This document shows, one piece after another, positions 54,932-64,000 of a DNA stretch of 64,000 nucleotides; the stretch's first letter is position 1; every line of letters starts with the position of its first letter. The position numbers and the translations under genes are program-made. The DNA is taken from assembly GCF_000142905.1 (NCBI RefSeq), contig NW_013657641.1:254907-318906 (forward strand). The letters are read 5' to 3'. The DNA is from Thecamonas trahens ATCC 50062. Its lineage: Eukaryota > Protista > Apusomonadida. The notes beneath the pieces are model-generated. The model did not search any database. It saw only the letters and a list, made by a program, of their open reading frames with translations, and was not told the origin of the DNA.

Positions 54932-56150
54932 TCACTCGAGCTGCGGCCACCAGGTGGCGGGCACCGGGAGCTGCTTGGTCGAGGTTGGCGAGATGAGGAG
55001 GTCAGCCGAGGTGCGGAGGAAGGCGCGCCAGGTGGGTGACATGTAGTGGTCGGTGACGGCGTCGTCGGACTCCCACACCTCCCAGAACATGACCGTTGAC
55101 GGATCGCCGCACTGCTGCTTCATGTAGAGATGCAGGCAGCCGTCAGCGGCGCGCGAGTCCTTGAGGTAGGTCGAGGCGGCGGCGACAAAGGCGTCGACGC
55201 AGTCGTCGTCGACGTCAAAGACGCGCATGACAACAAGGACGGCCTCGTCGTCGTCGTCGGCAGAGCCCTCCTCCACCGGCACAAACTCAACCTTGGACAC
55301 GTAGTTGTCGACGTACTTGCGGAGGCGGTCGATCTGAGCGGTAAGCTCATCGAGCTGTGCCGGCGGCACGCTGGCGGCGGACGCTCCCGCCGCGCCAGGG
55401 AACCCATCGTCGCGCTCCAGCGCCGGCGACGCCGGCGGGAGCTCGGTCCGATAGGTAAACTGCGAGCCTTGAATGGCGACGCGGACCTCGGGTGTCGGCT
55501 GTGAAGAGATGATGTTGGGCAGCGCCGTGGCCGAGTCGCGCCGCGCACGGTCCTCCAGCGCGTCGACCGCGCGCTCCAGCGGCTGCGACATGGCGTTGAG
55601 CTGGCGGTACGCCTCGCGGAGAAGGAATCGAGTGCGGAACTGATGGAATGCGTCGGCGTTGGCATACTCGGCGGCCGACGCCGAGAGCGCAGAGCCGACC
55701 GATCGCGTCACCGCATCCAGGGCGTCAAAGAGGCTGACGTACGTCTCGACTCCACCGGAGAACCACTCGCACAGCTCGCGATGATCAATGTTGGCAGACC
55801 CGTCTTCATCGATGCGCTCAAACAGCTCGTCCAGCTGGGCCTTGGTCAGAATGCCGTCGTCAAAATACGCGTGGAATTCCTCCAGCGAGATCTGTGGATT
55901 GCAGAGGCAGGCCAAGCCATGCCTCCCCCCCAAAAGTGAGTCTTTGGCTTGAGTTCTGGAAAAAAAGGCACATTGCTCGCCGTTGCCCAACACACGCCAG
56001 GTGCCAACCCCCCCCCCCTGCCCCTCGTCCTCGCACTCCTTCTTCCATGGCTCTGTGAGAACGTACCCGGTCGTCGTCGTTCTTGTCTGCCCTCCGGAAG
56101 ATGTCCAAGAGGAGGTCCATGCCCGGAGCAGTGGCGTCGTTGTCAGCCAT
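54932..56150 (-). CDS. NECAB: NECAB-like protein (N-terminal EF-hands plus C-terminal ABM domain); intron 55892-56066
   Basis: LDIFRRADKNDDDR|ISLEEFHAYFDDGILTKAQLDELFERIDEDGSANIDHRELCEWF, QFRTRFLL, and ABM-like ...GCLHLY...FWEVWESDDAVTDHY. Confidence 0.8.
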
Positions 56151-56781
56151 GGTATGTCTGTGTGTGGGAGGGTGTGGGGGAGAGTGCGGTGGCGGTGGCG
56201 AAAACCTGGCTGGAGGGGGGGGGAGGGGGCAGGGGGGCAGGAGGCAGGGGGGTTGGGGGTTGGGGGGGGGGGGGGGAGTGGCTTGTCGATCGATCCTGGG
56301 GAGTGGAGCGTGTGATGGCGAGTGTGATGGCGAGTGTGATGTGTGTGGAGGGGAAGGGGGCAGGGGGGGGTCTGGTGGTGAGGTAGTTCCTTGTATGCGA
56401 TNNNNNNNNNNNNNNNNNNNNNNNNNNNNNNNNNNNNNNNNNNNNNNNNNNNNNNNNNNNNNNNNNNNNNNNNNNNNNNNNNNNNNNNNNNNNNNNNNNN
56501 NGGGGAGAGGGGGGGGGGGAGGGGAATGGGCCCGATCTGGGCACCCTGTGCTCATCATCCCCCCTCCCCCTCCCCTCCCCTCCCTTTCCCCCCTCCCTCC
56601 CCTCCGCCCCCCTCTTCTCTCCTCGCATCCGATCGGCGCTCTCTCCTCATCGGTAGCGGCCAAGTGGGTCAGAGTTGGGCGAGCAAGCCGGCGAGACGAG
56701 GGGAGGCAGGTGGCATCGCGGCAAGAGCGGGGAGGCTGGAGGCGAGGGAAGGCACGACTTGACTCGACGTGAGGGAGAAGA

Positions 56782-58410
56782 ATGGCACGTGTGCGTATGT
56801 GGGATGTGGTATGGGTGGGTATGGTGGTGGTGGTGTGCATGGGCGGGCTGAAGCTCGCACTGGTGCCGAGCTACGCCTCGACCGACTACTACGTCCACCG
56901 CGCATGGCTCGCCCTCACCCATACCACGCCCATGGCCGAGTGGTACACCGATGCCACCTCGCAGTGGACACTCGACTATCCGCCGTTCTTTGCCTGGTTC
57001 GAGTACCTCCTCTCGCTTGCCATGCCGTACATCGAGCCGTCGCTGGTCGTCAAGATCGACGACGCCGGCGCCGCAGAGCTCGACGCGGCCTCACCCCGGG
57101 CCAAGATCGTCCATCGCGCCACAGTCATGGTCGCCGATCTGGTGCTGGCGCTAGGCGCGGTGTATGCGGTGTATGGCTTTTGGTACCCGTATCCGCCGCG
57201 GTCGTTTGCAAAGGTCGAGACCGTCGACGACTCGGGCACTGCCGGCGGCATCCGCGGCGGCGGCGGGGTGGCGGCCGGCGGAAGCTCGATCTGGTCGTCG
57301 CCGCAGGCTATCTCCCTCGTTCTCATTCTGGGCTCACCGGCGCTGCTCCTGCTGGACCATGTTCACTTTCAGTACAACGGCATGCTCACTGGCTTGCTCC
57401 TCCTCTCGATCGGCGGCGTGACGTCGCGGTCAGGCTACGCGCTGACGGCGGCGGCGTACGCGGCGCTGCTCGGCTTCAAGCATCTCTATCTTGTTCTGGG
57501 GCTTGTCTACACCGTTTTTCTCTTCAAAGCCGTTGTAGTGCAGCCGAGGGCGTCGCTCGGCTCTATCTCCCTCGCGCGGTTTGCGATCCTTGCTGGCATT
57601 GTTGTGGCTGTCCTCGGTGCTGCCTTTGCTCCATTTGTGGCTGCCGGATCGGGGTGGGCCATGCTTGAGCGGCTGTTCCCGTTCAAGCGAGGCCTTGTGC
57701 ACGCGTACTGGGCACCGAACGTGTGGGCGCTCTACTGCGGCGCTGAGGTCGCGCTCTCATCCGGCTCGGCAACGCGGCTCACATCGGGCCTTGTGGGCGA
57801 GGGTGCGTTCTCGGTCCTGCCGAGCATAAGCCCCGGCACGACGGCATTGCTCACGGTGCTGGCCATGCTGCCGTCGGTGGCCAAGGTCTGGCTGACGACG
57901 CCTGCGGGCGCGCTCGTCGCCGCCCCCCGCGGCGATGCAGCGCGCTTCCTCCGGTACCTGCAGCGGCCGGCGATTGTTTTTATCCACGGCCTCGTCGAGG
58001 TCTCGCTTGCCTCATTCCTCTTTGGCTGGCACGTCCACGAGAAGGCGCTCATTGTACCGCTCATTCCCCTCGCAGTCCTCGCGCCGACCTCGCCGCGCTA
58101 CGCCGGTATGTTCACCTTCCTCCAGGCCGTCGCGCACGTCGCGCTCTTCCCGCTCTTCCCGCCGGGCGTGCTCACCCCGCTCAAGATCGGTGTCAGCGTC
58201 TGCTACACACTCTACATCTACGCCATGCTCTCGCCCGCTCTGCCGAAGCTGTACGTGGCGTATCTCGTCGGCCTTGTTCCCATGCTAGGCTTTGCCTACC
58301 TCGTCGCTCCGCTCGCCCTCCCCTCGCTCGTCTTTCTCCCGACCATGGCCATCTCGCTCTACTGCGCCGTCGGTGTCGTCATGGCCTACCTCTGGATCCT
58401 GCTGTACTAG
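56782..58410 (+). CDS. ALG8: Dolichyl-P-Glc:Glc1Man9GlcNAc2-PP-dolichol alpha-1,3-glucosyltransferase
   Basis: PSYASTDY.VHR.WLA.T...WY...TSQWTLDYPPFFAWFE, DHVHFQYNG, RLFPFKRGL.HAYWAPN.WALY and FGWHVHEKA. Confidence 0.92.
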   Translation: MARVRMWDVVWVGMVVVVCMGGLKLALVPSYASTDYYVHRAWLALTHTTPMAEWYTDATSQWTLDYPPFFAWFEYLLSLAMPYIEPSLVVKIDDAGAAELDAASPRAKIVHRATVMVADLVLALGAVYAVYGFWYPYPPRSFAKVETVDDSGTAGGIRGGGGVAAGGSSIWSSPQAISLVLILGSPALLLLDHVHFQYNGMLTGLLLLSIGGVTSRSGYALTAAAYAALLGFKHLYLVLGLVYTVFLFKAVVVQPRASLGSISLARFAILAGIVVAVLGAAFAPFVAAGSGWAMLERLFPFKRGLVHAYWAPNVWALYCGAEVALSSGSATRLTSGLVGEGAFSVLPSISPGTTALLTVLAMLPSVAKVWLTTPAGALVAAPRGDAARFLRYLQRPAIVFIHGLVEVSLASFLFGWHVHEKALIVPLIPLAVLAPTSPRYAGMFTFLQAVAHVALFPLFPPGVLTPLKIGVSVCYTLYIYAMLSPALPKLYVAYLVGLVPMLGFAYLVAPLALPSLVFLPTMAISLYCAVGVVMAYLWILLY

Positions 58411-58558
58411 CTTGGCCAGCCCGTGATCGTTGATCATCAATCAGGTGTGTTGATAGCGGGCAGGTGGGAGGGGGGCATGAGGGAGAGGGGAAGGGGGGGG
58501 GGGGCACCACCTCGGCGCCTCTGCCGCCATACCTCTCTCTCTCGACCGGGACAGCACC

Positions 58559-60156
58559 ATGTTGAAGGCTGTGAGACGGATTGGGAAGAAGAGCTTCAAG
58601 TTCAAGTACACTGTCACCGTCCACAGCTGCCAGGTTGTCCACACAGCCAAGATGTAGGTTGTGGGCATGGGTGTGGGTGTGGGGTTGGGTGTGGCGGGAG
58701 GGGGGGGGGGGGGAGGGGGAGGGGCAGGCACTCACTCTGGGTGCGGGTGCGGGTGCGGGTATGGGTGCGGGCGCGGGTGCATGGGCAGGGCGCCGATGCC
58801 GCTGATGGTGGCGTGGACACGGGGTCCGCGCAAGGCCTTTACCCATGCCGGGTTCGTCAAGGCGGGAGTGATCGGGTGGGAGAGCGAGCTGTCGATGGTG
58901 GCCACGCTGTATCAAGAGTCGGACGGCTCGGGCTTTGAGAAGAAGATGTACAAGTTTGCGCTGAAGGAGGATCAGGGGAAGAAGGGCGGGAAGAAGACGC
59001 TGGCGGCAGTCGAGCTGGATCTGGCCGAGTTTGCGTCATTGGATGCGTCGGCGGTGCGGCAGGCGTTTGATCTCAAGCCGGCGTCGTCAATGGTCCGCTC
59101 GGCCGAGCTCGAGCTGACCATTGCTTGCGCCTTTGTCCGAGAGTCTGCCGACGACGACGCACTGACGCATTTGCGGCCATGTCGTGGCGGACGGCGGACG
59201 AGCTGGCGATGCTCTCGTCGGAGATGGGATCGGTCGACCACGACGGCGCCGGCGAGTCGCGCCGCGAGTCGCGCTATCGCGAAGAGCTCCTCCGCGAGAC
59301 CGAGGCATATGGCGCCGATGGCGCCCGAGTCGCCGAGCTGGAGACGCAACTCGAGCTGGCGCAGGCCTCAGCAGACGCCGCCGCGCAGTCGTGGACCGAC
59401 GAGCGCGCGGTCTACGAGGCGACCATTGCCAAGCTCAAGAGCCAGGTTGCGCGCGAGAAGGCCAAGGCAGCTAGCATCAAGGACGAGCTGGCCGAGGCGC
59501 GGGCGAGCGCAGGAGCAGCAGGCGGGAGCGGCGGCGGGAGCGACGACGGCAAGTACCGCGCGCTTGCCAAGCAACTCGAGGGCGAGGTTCGCGAGCTGGA
59601 GGAGGACATAACGGCCATCGAGGACGAGAACGAGGTGCTGATGACCAAGTGCCGCCAGCTGGTGGCCGACAAAAAGGCTGCTGAGGCAGAGGCTGCGGCA
59701 CTACGCAAGGAGCTCGTGGCGAGCAAGCAACAGCGCAGTGCGAGCAGCGCAGCCGAAGCCACCGCCGCCAGCAGCGCAGCCGAGCTCGAGGCGGCACGGC
59801 AGGAGGCGGCAGCAGCACGAGTCCAGGTTCGCGAGCTAGAGGCACAGAATGCAGCGCTGGAGCGGCGGCTGCGCGCCATGCCGCAGCTCGCGCGCACCAC
59901 GTCGGCGTCGGGCCACATCCGCGACATCGAGATCGAGCGCGAGGCGCTGGGCGTGGAGCTCGAGACCACCAAAGCTGCGCTCCGTGAGCTGGAGGGTGAG
60001 CTGATCGGCGCCAAGATGGCGTCGGCCGAAGCCGCCTTTGAGCTCGAGACGTTGCGCGGCGAGAAGCGCGGCCTTGCCAAGCAGCTGGCCAAGGCCAAGC
60101 TCGCCTACAACGCGCTCTCGGAGCGGATGACCGAGATGGAAGTCAAGTCGCTGTAG
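58559..60156 (+). CDS. NT-C2 (EEIG1/EHBP1-type) domain protein with a coiled-coil tail; intron 58654-58788; frameshift near 59160
   Basis: MLKAVRRIGKKSFKFKYTV...|..LMVAWTRGPRK...VATLYQE...FEKKMYKF...KTLAAVELDLAEFAS, followed by a long coiled coil. Confidence 0.75.
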
Positions 60157-60297
60157 AAAGGGCGTGTGCGATGAGGAATACAGACATTGATGGCCGTGTG
60201 TGTGTGGGGGGGGGCTGGGTCAGGTCGAGACGGTTCGGTCGGTCGGCTGACGACAACTCGGGCGACGGGCGGGCGCACCTGTCTCTGCGCTGGCGCG

Positions 60298-61320
60298 ATG
60301 GGGGCATGGCGGTGGGTGGTTTGGGCCGGAGCAGGAGCGAGTGCAGGGTATGGGCTGACGCGGTGGAGCGGAGACGGGGTGGGGAGAGGGCTGAGCTGGG
60401 TGGAGCTGGCGGTGGTGGCTGCGTGGGCGGTATGGCTCGTGCACAAGTGCGCGGTGCTGGCGACGAGGTTCGAGGTGGAGAGTGGATGCGAACGGCTGGC
60501 CGACGGCGGGGAGCCGATCGAGCTTCTGGACGGCTTCACCACACACTCGCGGAGCCTGACTGCCAAGCACAAGTTTACGTATCCGGTGTGGATGGTGCTG
60601 GCGGAGATGACCGAGGATGACGACGACGACGATGGCGACGGCGAACTCTCGCCGTGGATGCGGCGGCTGGCGCGCGACGGCTCGAGGCTCGGCGGGTGGT
60701 TTGGGGTGCGGACCGGCGTGGATGACGAGGTGTGGGGCGCAGGGACAGTGGGCCAGCCGGTGGCGAGGCGGGTGCGTGCAGTGGTGGCGGCGCATGCGCC
60801 CGAGGCAGCGCCGGTGGCGCGGGTCTTCATGCTCTCGAGCGCACAGGCTGCGGGCATGCTTTTCAACCCGATCACGGTCTTCTACTGCTACGATGGCGAC
60901 GACAAGCTCGCGTGGCTGGTTGCCGAGGTGACCAACACGCCGTGGGGTGAGCGGGTGGTGTACGTGCTCCCGAGCGACGGCGAGAAGCGTGTCCGCAAGG
61001 CCATGCACGTCTCGCCGTTCAACACCATGGGCTACGACTACGAGTTCCAGTTCAACGATCCGCGGAGTGGCGACGGCAGCGCTCTCTCGCTGACGATCAC
61101 GCTGAGGAGCGACGATGACGATGCGGCGGCCATGTACGCGTGCCTTGTGCTTCGTCCGGTGGCGGCGAGCTCGCGGCGGGCGTTTCTGGCGCACAAGGCG
61201 CTGACAGCGCTGCCGCCTGCGGTGGTCACCTGGCTCCGGATCCACTTTGAGGCTGCGGTGTTGTTTGGGTGGCGGCGAGTCCCGTTTGTCAACCATCCCA
61301 AGTACAGCGGAGGAGAGTAG
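60298..61320 (+). CDS. DUF1365 / COG3496 protein (UfaO-like) with N-terminal hydrophobic anchor
   Basis: THSR...HKFTYPV, FNPITVFYCYD, VAEVTNTPWGER..Y, KAMHVSPFN.M..Y.F and IHFEA. Confidence 0.88.
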   Translation: MGAWRWVVWAGAGASAGYGLTRWSGDGVGRGLSWVELAVVAAWAVWLVHKCAVLATRFEVESGCERLADGGEPIELLDGFTTHSRSLTAKHKFTYPVWMVLAEMTEDDDDDDGDGELSPWMRRLARDGSRLGGWFGVRTGVDDEVWGAGTVGQPVARRVRAVVAAHAPEAAPVARVFMLSSAQAAGMLFNPITVFYCYDGDDKLAWLVAEVTNTPWGERVVYVLPSDGEKRVRKAMHVSPFNTMGYDYEFQFNDPRSGDGSALSLTITLRSDDDDAAAMYACLVLRPVAASSRRAFLAHKALTALPPAVVTWLRIHFEAAVLFGWRRVPFVNHPKYSGGE

Positions 61321-61342
61321 CTGTGGTTTGCGAGGTGGGTGT

Positions 61343-63058
61343 TCATTGCTCGGCCGAGACGCGGCGCGCGGGCTTGTCGGAGCGTGTTGGCGAGGAGCTT
61401 GTGGCCTTTGGCTGCGGCACAAAGGCCTCGTTGTAGTCGAGGGCGGTGCGCATGTCCTGGTGGTCGATGGACTTGATACCGTGCGGGGCGAGGAGGTTGA
61501 GGAGGTAGGCGCGGACCTCTTCGACGACGTCGAGGCGCGAGGCGTCCATGGACCAGATGGCGACTGAGTTGCCCTTGCGGGCGCGCATCTGGAGGGTGAT
61601 GCCCGAGATAAAGTCGAGGTGAACAAACGAGTCGTCGACGGCGGCGATGGTGACGTCCTGCCAGACCGACTTGATGAGGCCGCGGTTCTTGCCGCATTTG
61701 ATGAGCCAGCGGCCGCCGTTGACGTTGCGCGGGTCCTCCCACAGCGGCTTGATGCCGGCCTTGAACATGCGGAGGTTGCAGTATGCCGGCATGTCGCGGA
61801 TGGGGCGCATCGACTTGGAGTAGCGGTCAAAGCCGGTGGCGGTGGCGAACGAGCCAACGACGCGGAGCGACTCGTCAAACTCCTCGGTGGAGACGCCCTT
61901 CCACGGACACTCGTCAAACCAAAAGACCCACTTGTACGGGAGCAGGTCCGAGGTCTCGGGCGACTCGGACGAGCCCGAGAGCGAGCGGACTAGGCTCGAG
62001 TCGGGCGACTTGGAGTCTGTGGCGACTGACTCTGCGAGCGACGAGACAAACTCGGAGGTCTCCTGCAAGGTCATGGTAAAGCCTGCGCGCCGCTTGCGGC
62101 CGGGCGCGGCGTGGGCCGGCTCCTGCGACTTTGCGCGCTCGGGCCGGTCTGCCGAGTTGGTCACCGCCACAGCGGTGGCAACCACTTCGGGGTCGAGGTC
62201 CATGAACGGGATGAACGAAGACGAGCGGGCACGGCGCGAGCGGCGGCGCGAGATCTTGGCCGTCCCGCGGTTCGACTGCTCGTGCGACGACGACGGCGGC
62301 GGGGCACCGCCACTGTTGCGGCCACCGCCGTTGCGGCCACCGCCGTTGCGGCCGCCGCCGTTGCGACCACCGCCGTTGCGACTACCACCGTTGCGGCCAC
62401 CGCCGTTGCGGCCGCCGCCGTTGTGACGCTGAGCCCGGCCGCGCTCGGCGTCGGATGACCACGAGGTGCGCCCGTTGCGCTTGCGCCAGTTGTTGCGCCG
62501 GCCGCCGGACTTTCCGCCGTTTCCGCCGCTGTTCCCGTTGTTCCGCGACTTGCCGCCTGTGGAACCTGACGAGCCGGAGCGAGTGCCCGATAGCGAGCGT
62601 GTGTCTGATGGCGAGCGCGACCAGCGGTCGGGTGAGTCTTGGACGGGTGGCTCATGTCCGGCGTCGCCCGGGGGACGGAGATAGTCTCTGTCAACCGGCA
62701 GCTGCTCCCCGGCCGACCACGACGAACCCTTGCCGTTGCGCCACGTGTTTGTGCAGCGGTCAGAGGGATTGGCGGGAGCAGGCGCCTTGCCCGCGCTTGC
62801 CCGCGGCCCACGCGCTCCACCGCCACCCGCGCGGCGAGCCCTGTCGGCCTCGCCAGGCACTTCTTCCGAGACAAAGCGCCTCCGCGGGCGCGGTGGCCTC
62901 TGAGTGGTGGCCTGTGACGAGGATGCGCTTGCCAGCGAGTCTGTAGTCGGGCCGTCAGCCGTGCCCTTGCCCTTATCCTTGTCCTTGCCCTCGGCCGCCT
63001 CGCCCTCCTTCTGCACCACACTCGCCCAAGAGGCCGAGGCCTTTGCAGCAGACGACAT
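61343..63058 (-). CDS. Atypical eIF4E-family cap-binding protein with a long disordered N-terminal extension
   Basis: LPYKWVFWFD...FKAGIKPLWEDPRNVNGGRW...WQD...SVAIW. Confidence 0.85.
   Translation of the reverse strand: MSSAAKASASWASVVQKEGEAAEGKDKDKGKGTADGPTTDSLASASSSQATTQRPPRPRRRFVSEEVPGEADRARRAGGGGARGPRASAGKAPAPANPSDRCTNTWRNGKGSSWSAGEQLPVDRDYLRPPGDAGHEPPVQDSPDRWSRSPSDTRSLSGTRSGSSGSTGGKSRNNGNSGGNGGKSGGRRNNWRKRNGRTSWSSDAERGRAQRHNGGGRNGGGRNGGSRNGGGRNGGGRNGGGRNGGGRNSGGAPPPSSSHEQSNRGTAKISRRRSRRARSSSFIPFMDLDPEVVATAVAVTNSADRPERAKSQEPAHAAPGRKRRAGFTMTLQETSEFVSSLAESVATDSKSPDSSLVRSLSGSSESPETSDLLPYKWVFWFDECPWKGVSTEEFDESLRVVGSFATATGFDRYSKSMRPIRDMPAYCNLRMFKAGIKPLWEDPRNVNGGRWLIKCGKNRGLIKSVWQDVTIAAVDDSFVHLDFISGITLQMRARKGNSVAIWSMDASRLDVVEEVRAYLLNLLAPHGIKSIDHQDMRTALDYNEAFVPQPKATSSSPTRSDKPARRVSAEQ
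62308..62423 (-). repeat. Coding 15-bp tandem repeat (NGGGR x about 7) in the eIF4E N-terminus
   Basis: ccgccgttgcggcca-like units seen directly. Confidence 0.9.
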
Positions 63059-64000
63059 AGCCCGACGGGTACACACACTCCAGACCTGTACCCCGTTCCC
63101 CGAGTGTTTCCTCGTACCCCACCGTGAGTTGCTGAAGCGAGGTATGGGCATATGGGCAATCGGGTGTGTACGGGTGTGTGTGGCTGTGTGTGGCTGTGCT
63201 GGCGGGGAATTATTCACCGCCAAAAGCATGTGGAAGGTCAGGGGGGGGGGGGGGCTACCTAGTGTAGGGAGGAGGGGAAGGGGGGAAGGGGGTGTGTGGG
63301 TTGTATGTGTGGGTGGAGAGGGGNNNNNNNNNNNNNNNNNNNNNNNNNNNNNNNNNNNNNNNNNNNNNNNNNNNNNNNNNNNNNNNNNNNNNNNNNNNNN
63401 NNNNNNNNNNNNNNNNNNNNNNNNNNNNNNNNNNNNNNNNNNNNNNNNNNNNNNNNNNNNNNNNNNNNNNNNNNNNNNNNNNNNNNNNNNNNNNNNNNNN
63501 NNNNNNNNNNNNNNNNNNNNNNNNNNNNNNNNNNNNNNNNNNNNNNNNNNNNNNNNNNNNNNNNNNNNNNNNNNNNNNNNNNNNNNNNNNNNNNNNNNNN
63601 NNNNNNNNNNNNNNNNNNNNNNNNNNNNNNNNNNNNNNNNNNNNNNNNNNNNNNNNNNNNNNNNNNNNNNNNNNNNNNNNNNNNNNNNNNNNNNNNNNNN
63701 NNNNNNNNNNNNNNNNNNNNNNNNNNNNNNNNNNNNNNNNNNNNNNNNNNNNNNNNNNNNNNNNNNNNNNNNNNNNNNNNNNNNNNNNNNNNNNNNNNNN
63801 NNNNNNNNNNNNNNNNNNNNNNNNNNNNNNNNNNNNNNNNNNNNNNNNNNNNNNNNNNNNNNNNNNNNNNNNNNNNNNNNNNNNNNNNNNNNNNNNNNNN
63901 NNNNNNNNNNNNNNNNNNNNNNNNNNNNNNNNNNNNNNNGTGTGTGTGTATGTATGGAAGGGGGGGTTCATCGCGAGTGATCATGTTGTGCTTGTGATCG

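Noticed and set aside
274-63997. Many long antisense or alternate-frame ORFs (e.g. 8439-9983 +, 13710-15515 +, 16746-18209 +, 30495-32927 -, 49354-50664 +, 60220-61917 -)
   Set aside because: These are shadow ORFs of well-supported genes in high-GC DNA and carry no recognisable motifs. ORFs spanning N runs are artefacts.

Overview
This window is GC-rich, gene-dense eukaryotic nuclear DNA, not prokaryotic. It has short GT-AG introns, poly-G/C and (GT)n tracts, and six N-gaps. The gene content and style suggest a flagellated protist, possibly an apusomonad such as Thecamonas; that is inference only. About 35 protein-coding genes are supported. Conserved genes include AP-4 epsilon, PMCA Ca2+-ATPase, SMC1, kinesin-14, RJL GTPase, RPS8, RPS3, COMMD4, ALG8, a CECR2-like DDT protein, a NECAB-like protein and an atypical eIF4E. 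Several genes look prokaryote- or virus-like. The most interesting is a T4 Rnl1-type RNA ligase fused to a C-terminal Pol-beta-type nucleotidyltransferase (46.9-49.0 kb), which sits between RPS8 and RPS3 near a metallophosphoesterase and TatD. A stand-alone RlaP-type (PF10127) nucleotidyltransferase lies at 24.7 kb; together these form a candidate RNA heal/seal repair system. Also notable are a COG2907 FAD enzyme plus DUF1365 (a UfaD/UfaO-like furan/modified fatty acid pair), an archaeal-style PAC2 protein ending in an HbYX motif, and two piggyBac remnants, one ending at the TTAA that contains the RPS3 stop codon. Seven single-base frameshifts in otherwise intact genes are most likely homopolymer sequencing errors. 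No tRNA, rRNA or CRISPR array was recognised.
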